Of a stretch of 22,889 nucleotides of DNA, positions 16,615-22,889 are shown in pieces (position 1 is the first letter of the stretch; each line of letters starts with the position of its first letter). Below the pieces are notes generated by a model, which saw only the letters and a program-made list of their open reading frames with translations, had not been told where the DNA came from and made no database searches. Source of the stretch: Fusobacteriota bacterium (lineage in GTDB: Bacteria > Fusobacteriota > Fusobacteriia > Fusobacteriales > JBNJFI01); NCBI GenBank assembly GCA_051746725.1, contig JBNJFI010000027.1, forward strand, positions 1-22,889, given 5' to 3'. The translations under genes were made by a program, and so were the position numbers.

Positions 16615-17292
16615 TTATATTAATCTGTTTTCTAAAAAACTATAGTATCCATCTTTTCCTATTATCAAGTGGTCTAATAATTTTATGTCTAAAGCCCCTA
16701 ATACATTATTCATTTTGCGTGTTATTTCTTTATCAGCTTTAGACGGGTTAACTTTTCCAGAGGGATGATTATGAACAAAAATAACCTTTTTTGCATCATA
16801 ATTAAAAATTATTTCTATTATTTCCCTTGGATATATATGACTTTTATCTAAAGTTCCTTCGAAAAGCTCTTTATCTTTTAAAAATTTATTTTGATTATTT
16901 AATAATAGAATCCGGAACACCTCTTTATTTAAAGTATCCATATCTATTTTTAAATAATTAACTAAATCCACGGTACTATTTATAAAGTATTCATTATCTA
17001 TTTTAGTTTCTTTCAAATAAATTTTTTGTATATCTTTTATAAATTTAAGAAATATATAAGTTGATTCACCAATACCTTTTATATTTAGCAAAGACTTTTT
17101 TGAAGCTTTCAAAGTGGTAGATAAATTACCATGTTTTTCTAACATCTTTTTTGCCATTATTTTACAGTCTTTTCTAGGGATTGCGTAAGTTAGCAATAAT
17201 TCCAAAATTTCATAATCTAATAGACTATCAATCCCTTTCTTTTTATACCTATTTCTCAAACGTTGACGGTGTCCATTATTTTTTCTCCCCAT
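16615..17292 (-). CDS. radC: RadC/UPF0758 JAB-domain protein (long form with HhH)
   Basis: GHRQRLR, DYEILELLL, IKGIG and JAB motif E...HNHPSG...PS.AD...LDHLII. Confidence 0.95.
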   Translation of the reverse strand: MGRKNNGHRQRLRNRYKKKGIDSLLDYEILELLLTYAIPRKDCKIMAKKMLEKHGNLSTTLKASKKSLLNIKGIGESTYIFLKFIKDIQKIYLKETKIDNEYFINSTVDLVNYLKIDMDTLNKEVFRILLLNNQNKFLKDKELFEGTLDKSHIYPREIIEIIFNYDAKKVIFVHNHPSGKVNPSKADKEITRKMNNVLGALDIKLLDHLIIGKDGYYSFLENRLI

Positions 17293-17319
17293 CTATGCTC
17301 CTTAATCTTGTTTTAATAT

Positions 17320-17348
17320 ATTATATCTTTTACTGTTCGTTTTGTCAA
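17320..17348 (-). promoter_or_regulatory. Perfect-consensus sigma70 promoter upstream of radC
   Basis: Minus strand TTGACA (17343-17348), 17-nt spacer, TATAAT (17320-17325). Confidence 0.85.
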
Positions 17349-17352
17349 TGCT

Positions 17353-17380
17353 AAAAAAGGCCGCATATGCGACCTTTTTT
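17353..17380 (-). terminator. Intrinsic terminator after hpf
   Basis: Minus strand AAAAAA-GGTCGC-ATAT-GCGGCC-TTTTTT, 6 nt after the hpf stop. The U-G pair is valid on the minus strand. Confidence 0.88.
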
Positions 17381-17386
17381 GAATTC

Positions 17387-17941
17387 TTATTTTTTCCACA
17401 TTGGAGATATATGTCCATATGAACCATCTTTTTTCTTATATACAACATTTAAATTTTCAGTGTCATGATTCATATATGCATAGAAATCTTCTCCCATGCT
17501 ATCCATTTGTAATATAGCTTCTTCAATATCCATTGGTTTTGAAGAAATCAAAGTACTTTTTATAACTGATTCTTCCTTAACTGCTTTAGGTTGGTTTGCT
17601 TTTTTTGCTAATTTTTCCTTTACATTTTCTCTATGGTGTTGTCTTCGTTTCATTTTTTCCTTATGTTTTTTCACCTGTTTTTCAACTAAATCAGCAACTT
17701 CATCAATTGCTGCATAAAGATCTTTATCGTCAGCAGTAGCCTTTATCTTCTTTTGGTTTGCAAATAATAAAACATCTGCTATATGTTTATCCCCTTCTGA
17801 ATTAGTATGTTCAACGGATAATGTTACATCAATTTCTAAAATTTGCTCAAAATACTTTGTTACATGCCCTAATTTTTTTTCCACATACCCTCTAATTGCA
17901 TCAGTTATTTCTAAGTGTCGTCCTGTAATAATAAGTCTCAT
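17387..17941 (-). CDS. hpf: Ribosome hibernation promoting factor, long form (HPF/RaiA)
   Basis: ITGRHLEITDAIRGYVEKK, DLYAAID and C-terminal KPMDIEEAILQM...NVVYKKKDGSYG. I moved the start from the track's 17950 to the ATG at 17941, because SD AAGGAG at 17951-17956 abuts 17950. Confidence 0.93.
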   Translation of the reverse strand: MRLIITGRHLEITDAIRGYVEKKLGHVTKYFEQILEIDVTLSVEHTNSEGDKHIADVLLFANQKKIKATADDKDLYAAIDEVADLVEKQVKKHKEKMKRRQHHRENVKEKLAKKANQPKAVKEESVIKSTLISSKPMDIEEAILQMDSMGEDFYAYMNHDTENLNVVYKKKDGSYGHISPMWKK

Positions 17942-18029
17942 AACAATCAACTCCTTCTAATTTTATGTTTTTGTAACACTCTAATACATATATACTAAAA
18001 AAATTAAAATTTCCTTTTTTATATTATAA

Positions 18030-18722
18030 TTATTTTATTATATTTTCCAGTTTACCATAATGCAACCTAAGTTTAGTTCGTGCTAAATTAGCAAGCTCCT
18101 TATTATGGGTTACTGTTATTATTGTTTGATTTTTTTCTTTATTGATTTTTTTAAATATTAAATTAATATTTTGACTCGTCTCTTCATCTAAGTTTCCTGT
18201 GGGCTCATCTGCTAAAATTATTTCTGGATCATTTATCATAGCCCTTGCTATTGCAACTCTTTGTTTTTCTCCTCCAGATAATTCTTTAGGTTTGTGATAT
18301 AATCTATCTTCTAACCCCATCTCTGTTAATAATTGTTTTGCTCTCTTTCGAACTTTACCTTTTTTGAAGTCGCTTCCAAGTCCAGGTATCATAACATTTT
18401 CTATAGCATTAAACTCCGTTAATAAGTAATGAAATTGAAATACAAAGCCTATGTTTTCTTTTCGTATTATATTTTTATCTTTTTCTTTTAAATTATTATC
18501 AATTTTTTTATTATTTATATATAAATTTCCTGATGTAGGAGAATCTAAAACTCCTAATAAATTTAAAAGGGTACTTTTTCCAGAACCGGATTTACCAATT
18601 ATTGAAACAAAATCTCCTCTACAAATTTCCAGGTTTATACCATTTAATATTTTTAATTTTTTTTTATCAGTTTCAACATATTCTTTCTTTATATCTACAA
18701 GCTTTAATACTATATCATTCAT
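18030..18722 (-). CDS. lolD: Lipoprotein-releasing ABC transporter ATPase LolD
   Basis: GKSGSGKST, GFVFQFHYLL, LSGGEKQRVAIARA, LADEPTGNLD and VTH. It overlaps the permease gene. Confidence 0.88.
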   Translation of the reverse strand: MNDIVLKLVDIKKEYVETDKKKLKILNGINLEICRGDFVSIIGKSGSGKSTLLNLLGVLDSPTSGNLYINNKKIDNNLKEKDKNIIRKENIGFVFQFHYLLTEFNAIENVMIPGLGSDFKKGKVRKRAKQLLTEMGLEDRLYHKPKELSGGEKQRVAIARAMINDPEIILADEPTGNLDEETSQNINLIFKKINKEKNQTIITVTHNKELANLARTKLRLHYGKLENIIK

Positions 18723-19884
18723 ATTTTAATGCCTCCACAGGTTTAAGTTTAGATGCTCTATATGCAGGATAAACACTAGACAAAATAATAATTACCATTG
18801 TAGCTAAAGAAATTATATAAAATTCATAAAATCCTATTTCTACTGGTAAATCTTTTAGATAATAAGCATCCAGAGGAATTTTTTTAGAATATCTTTTCAA
18901 AATTTCTATTAAACCTAATGACAACACATTACCTAAGATAATCCCCAAAACTCCTAAAGAAATCCCTTCTAAAAAGAATATCTTCATGACGCTTATCTTA
19001 CTATATCCTGTGGCCCTGAGAACTCCTATATCTTTCGTTTTTTCTCTAACAGAAGTATTCAAAATGACTCCCACAACAAATCCTGATATAATTATTATTA
19101 AAGACAAAACTATTACCATTACAGTTTTTTCCAAAGATAATGCATATAATAAATTTTGATTTAATTCTCCCCAAGTATTAGTTGTAATATCAGGTATCTT
19201 TTGATTTATAACTTTTTCTATCTCTTTTGCTTTATAGACATTATTGATCTTTACATTAATATTTGTTACGCTATCTCCTGAGTTTGAAAGTATTTGAACA
19301 GTTTTTAAAGGCATAATTAACAAGGTGCTGTCATATTCATAAAACCCAGATTCATAAACCCCAACTATTGTTAAATATAACTCTTTATTTTCTGGAGAAA
19401 TGACTTTTACCTGTTCACCTAGCTTAGCCCCTATCTGTTCAAATAAGGGTTTTCCTATAATAACACTTGAAAGAGAAGAAAAATCCAATTCTCCTTCAAC
19501 TATTTTTTCATCAAAATTTAATACATTAATGGCATCATTTTGGGTAACCCCATTGATTACAACGCCAGAAACATAGCTTCCAAAATCACCATTAAATTTT
19601 AAAATTCCTTGGGTTTCATATTGCGGAATAGCTCCTGTGACTCCCTCAACATCATCTACCTTTTTTTGCATATTATCATAATCTTCTATTGAAACTTCAT
19701 GATTTGATATTTTTATATGTGAAGTCATTGACAAAATACTGTCTATCATATTCTTATTTAGTCCGTTGGAGATAGCAAGAGATACTAATAACACAATCAT
19801 CCCAATTGCTATCCCAATTATAGCTAAAACACTTTGTCGCGTTCTTTCCAGGATATGCTTTTTTGCTATAAAAAATTCAACCAT
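18715..19884 (-). CDS. Lipoprotein-releasing ABC permease, LolC/E family
   Basis: MacB/FtsX topology (TM1, periplasmic domain, three TMs), W...N..L..AL.LEK, EKTKDIGVLRATG and YPAYRASKLKPVEALKYE. The lysS-permease-lolD order fits. Confidence 0.87.
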   Translation of the reverse strand: MVEFFIAKKHILERTRQSVLAIIGIAIGMIVLLVSLAISNGLNKNMIDSILSMTSHIKISNHEVSIEDYDNMQKKVDDVEGVTGAIPQYETQGILKFNGDFGSYVSGVVINGVTQNDAINVLNFDEKIVEGELDFSSLSSVIIGKPLFEQIGAKLGEQVKVISPENKELYLTIVGVYESGFYEYDSTLLIMPLKTVQILSNSGDSVTNINVKINNVYKAKEIEKVINQKIPDITTNTWGELNQNLLYALSLEKTVMVIVLSLIIIISGFVVGVILNTSVREKTKDIGVLRATGYSKISVMKIFFLEGISLGVLGIILGNVLSLGLIEILKRYSKKIPLDAYYLKDLPVEIGFYEFYIISLATMVIIILSSVYPAYRASKLKPVEALKYE

Positions 19885-19905
19885 TTTTTTCTCCTATATT
19901 TAAAG

Positions 19906-21384
19906 TTATTTTTTTACATGCTTCATTTGTGGAAAGAAAATAACATCTCTAATTGAAGACGAATTAGTAAGTAACATTACTAATCTATCAATTCCTATTC
20001 CTAAACCACCTGTAGGAGGCATTCCGTATTCCAACGCCCTTATATAATCTTTATCCATCATATGAGCTTCCTCGTCTCCACCTTCTCGTTCAGCCAGCTG
20101 AGCCTTAAATCTCTCTTCTTGATCAACTGAATCATTCAATTCGGAATAAGCATTTCCTATCTCTCTTCCGTAGACAAAAAGTTCAAATCTATCTACAAAA
20201 TCATCACTTCCCTCTTTATTTTTAGCAAGTGGTGATATTTCTTTAGGATATTCAGTTATAAAAGTTGGTTGAATTAAATTTTCTTCAACCTTTGCCTCAA
20301 ATATTTCATTTAATATCTTATAATGAGAAATTCCTTCTTCTACTTCAATATCAAGATCTTCAGCTATTTTTTTAGCTTCTTCACTTGTATTGACATCTGA
20401 AAAATCTTTTCCTGTATATTCTTTTACTGCTTCAATCATTGTCATTCTTTTCCATGGTGTAGAATAATCAATTGTTTCATCTTCATATGGTAATTCTGTT
20501 TTTCCAAATAGGTCTTTTGCTAAATTTGAAATTAGATTTTCAGTTAAATCCATCATATCTTCATAATCTGCAAAAGCTTGATAAAGTTCCATCATTGTAA
20601 ATTCTGGATTATGTTTAGTTGACATTCCCTCGTTTCTAAAGCTTCGATTTATTTCAAAAATTCTTTCATACCCACCTACAATTAATCTCTTAAGATATAG
20701 CTCTGGCGCTATTCTTAAAAACAAAGGCATATCTAAAACATTATGATGTGTCTCAAATGGTTTTGCTGCTGCTCCTCCTGCAACATCTTGTAAAATAGGA
20801 GTTTCTACTTCCAAAAACCCTCTTTCCTCTAAATAATCTCTTATATATTTTACTATTTCACTTCTTTTTTGAAATGTATTTTTTACATCTCTGTTCATTG
20901 CAAGATCTAAATATCTCTGTCTATACCTAGTTTCAATATCAGTTAATCCATGAAATTTTTCAGGTAAAGGATTTAAATTTTTTGATAACAACTCAAAATC
21001 TTTAACCCTAATCGTAAGCTCTTCAGTATGAGTCATAAATAAATTTCCTTCGACTCCTATGAAATCTCCAATTGATAATTTTTTTAATAAATCTACCTTT
21101 TCATCATCAAAACTTTTTTTTCTTGTGTAAAACTGTATTCTTCCTGTTATATCTTCTAATTCCCAAAAATTACCTCTAGAAGCCATGATTCTTCCAGCCG
21201 TTTTTACATATAACTTTTCTTTTTCATCATCACTTAACTCATTATATTTCTCTTTTATATCCTCTACCATATCTTGTTTGTCATATTTTCTTCCATATGG
21301 ATTGATCCCCATCTCTCTTATCTCTTCAACCTTTTCTAGCTTGTCCTCGATTATTTTTTTTTCCATTTTTCCTAATGTTCCCAT
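19906..21384 (-). CDS. lysS: Lysine-tRNA ligase (class II)
   Basis: LPEKFHGL, RYRQRYLDL, LRIAPELYLKRL, FRNEG..HNPEFT and YGMPPTGGLGIGIDRL. Confidence 0.99.
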   Translation of the reverse strand: MGTLGKMEKKIIEDKLEKVEEIREMGINPYGRKYDKQDMVEDIKEKYNELSDDEKEKLYVKTAGRIMASRGNFWELEDITGRIQFYTRKKSFDDEKVDLLKKLSIGDFIGVEGNLFMTHTEELTIRVKDFELLSKNLNPLPEKFHGLTDIETRYRQRYLDLAMNRDVKNTFQKRSEIVKYIRDYLEERGFLEVETPILQDVAGGAAAKPFETHHNVLDMPLFLRIAPELYLKRLIVGGYERIFEINRSFRNEGMSTKHNPEFTMMELYQAFADYEDMMDLTENLISNLAKDLFGKTELPYEDETIDYSTPWKRMTMIEAVKEYTGKDFSDVNTSEEAKKIAEDLDIEVEEGISHYKILNEIFEAKVEENLIQPTFITEYPKEISPLAKNKEGSDDFVDRFELFVYGREIGNAYSELNDSVDQEERFKAQLAEREGGDEEAHMMDKDYIRALEYGMPPTGGLGIGIDRLVMLLTNSSSIRDVIFFPQMKHVKK

Positions 21385-21408
21385 TAACTATTAAATCTCC
21401 TCTCTGCT

Positions 21409-22860
21409 TCAGCTTTTATTTTTTATTTTTGATATATAAATTCGTGATTTATTCTCCCATAATGTATAAGGATAGTATTTTAAAATATCATTTAGTATTT
21501 TTTCTGATTTATCAAGATTTCCTAAATTAAAATGATTTATTGCTATATTATATTTGATTTCCGGATCATTAAAAATATCATATCTTCCTCGATATCGTTC
21601 ATAATATTCTAAACTTTTTTGATATTCTTGATTCAAAAAATGTAATTTTGCTAAATCTTTTAAAGTTTTTTTAATTAAATTATCATTTTCTGAATTCTCA
21701 AGAATTTTCAAATAATACAACTTTGCCATGTCAAAACGATAATTATTTAAACTTTTCAATCCATTCTCATAATACTTTTCTTCCTCGGCCTTACTTTTTT
21801 GAGTATCTATATATTTTTCAAGATTTGAAATTTGTTCTTTATTAAAATTATCCTTTAATTTTTCTAAACTTTCTTTATCTCCTATATCAAAATAGATTTC
21901 TGCTAACTTTTCATTATCTTCTAATAGCTTTGTATAATAAATAGCCTTGTCTAATCTATTTATTTTAATATACAACTCTTGTAAAGTAGATATTAAATTC
22001 TTATCTCCAGTTTTAGAATATTCCATTTCTAAAATATCCAAAGCTTTATTAATATATCCTGATTGTAAAAAGATCTTGGCAATCTCTTTATTATATTTAT
22101 ATCTTTCTTTTTCTCTAATAAAGTTTAGTTTTTTCATAATTTCTTTTCTAGATAACTCTTTTTTGGCAATTATTTCTAAGTACCTAGACGTATATTTTTC
22201 TTTCATTTTTGAAGTTAGTTTAAATTCATTTAAAGTTGCTTTTATATATTTGAGTTCTATCTCAACTTGATCTTTTTCTTTTGCCAAATTAATAGCTTTT
22301 TGATAATATTCATCTAGTTTTATTTCCTTTGGATAATTTTTTTTCAAAGTAGATAAAAAATTATTAAATTTTTTTAAGTCTCCAGAATCTATAGATTCTT
22401 CAATGTTTTCCATTAATTCTTCTTTAGATAAACTTGTATTTTTATAAACCAAAATATCTTTAATTAGTTTTTCTCCATTAACTTCAACTGTTATTCTATA
22501 TTTTCCAGCTACATCTGGTTTCATTGAGACATTTGAAGATTTACTTTTTATACTAAGCTCTGAGAATCTAGGTCTAGAAATTAGCTCCCATTTATACTTA
22601 GTGCTGCTTTCATCTAAATATAAATTTAGAGTATCATCAACTTTAATCTTATTTTTTATTTTTATCTCATTTTTTGATATTTCGTTTTTTTCATCTCTTG
22701 CTTTTTTATCTCTTGCTTTTTCATCTGTGGTTTTTTTATCTTCAGAATTATATTGATTAGGTCTATATGTATTATAAAAATTATTATAATCTACACTTGC
22801 TCCATAGGTAATATTTATTATCACTAAAGATAAAATTATTAATAATACAAAATCTTTCAA
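21409..22860 (-). CDS. Secreted/periplasmic protein with an Ig/PKD-like domain and TPR repeats
   Basis: The probable TTG start is at 22860 (SD GGAGGGGG at 22866-22873), not the track's 22875. Signal peptide MKDFVLLIILSLVIINITYGA, a beta-sandwich-like YKWELISRP...KPDVAGKYRITVEV segment, and C-terminal TPRs ending YYPYTLW. Confidence 0.75.
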   Translation of the reverse strand: MKDFVLLIILSLVIINITYGASVDYNNFYNTYRPNQYNSEDKKTTDEKARDKKARDEKNEISKNEIKIKNKIKVDDTLNLYLDESSTKYKWELISRPRFSELSIKSKSSNVSMKPDVAGKYRITVEVNGEKLIKDILVYKNTSLSKEELMENIEESIDSGDLKKFNNFLSTLKKNYPKEIKLDEYYQKAINLAKEKDQVEIELKYIKATLNEFKLTSKMKEKYTSRYLEIIAKKELSRKEIMKKLNFIREKERYKYNKEIAKIFLQSGYINKALDILEMEYSKTGDKNLISTLQELYIKINRLDKAIYYTKLLEDNEKLAEIYFDIGDKESLEKLKDNFNKEQISNLEKYIDTQKSKAEEEKYYENGLKSLNNYRFDMAKLYYLKILENSENDNLIKKTLKDLAKLHFLNQEYQKSLEYYERYRGRYDIFNDPEIKYNIAINHFNLGNLDKSEKILNDILKYYPYTLWENKSRIYISKIKNKS

Positions 22861-22889
22861 AAAATCCCCCTCCATATTATATTTTTAGT

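Noticed and set aside
16615..17292. RadC JAB domain as part of a CBASS or mobile anti-restriction module
   Set aside because: It is the long chromosomal HhH-containing form, with no cyclase, E1/E2 or mobile-element genes nearby.
17326..17342. CGAAC in the radC promoter spacer as a LexA (Cheo) box
   Set aside because: Only a half-site is present, with no GTTC at the required spacing.
989..22270. Remaining short plus-strand ORFs (e.g. 4536-4817, 8927-9373, 10702-11013, 18451-18729, 21947-22270)
   Set aside because: They are antisense shadows of well-supported genes, with low-complexity F/S/L/I composition and no motifs.
22876..22881. TATAAT upstream of the last TPR gene
   Set aside because: The -35 region would fall outside the window and the box is very close to the SD, so it cannot be supported.

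Overview
An AT-rich bacterial chromosomal segment with 20 protein-coding genes, all on the minus strand. In transcription order: secreted Ig-like/TPR protein, lysS, lolC/E, lolD, hpf, radC, hisB, ricT(yaaT), tRNA m6A37 methyltransferase, REC-like/GAF-like/HD-GYP, MBL-fold hydrolase, Wzz/GumC-like protein, uvrB, xseA, TPR protein, dprA, smg-like, topA, trmFO, xerC. Diderm genes (Lol, Wzz) alongside Firmicutes-like genes (trmFO, ricT, long HPF) suggest Fusobacteriota, which is an inference. Most of the window is housekeeping. I found no CRISPR array, rRNA, tRNA, transposase or known defence system. The least explained sequence is the non-coding 1-363 region downstream of xerC. It holds a ~260-bp element bounded by inverted repeats, with a pair of covarying GTAA-REP-like hairpins and several nested helices whose G-U pairs favour the + strand (candidate MITE/REPIN or structured ncRNA), followed by a heptamer tandem array. 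Other points of interest: an HD-GYP/MBL/Wzz cassette, a terminator abutting the uvrB RBS, a perfect 18-bp palindrome before topA, and motif deviations in LysS and HisB.
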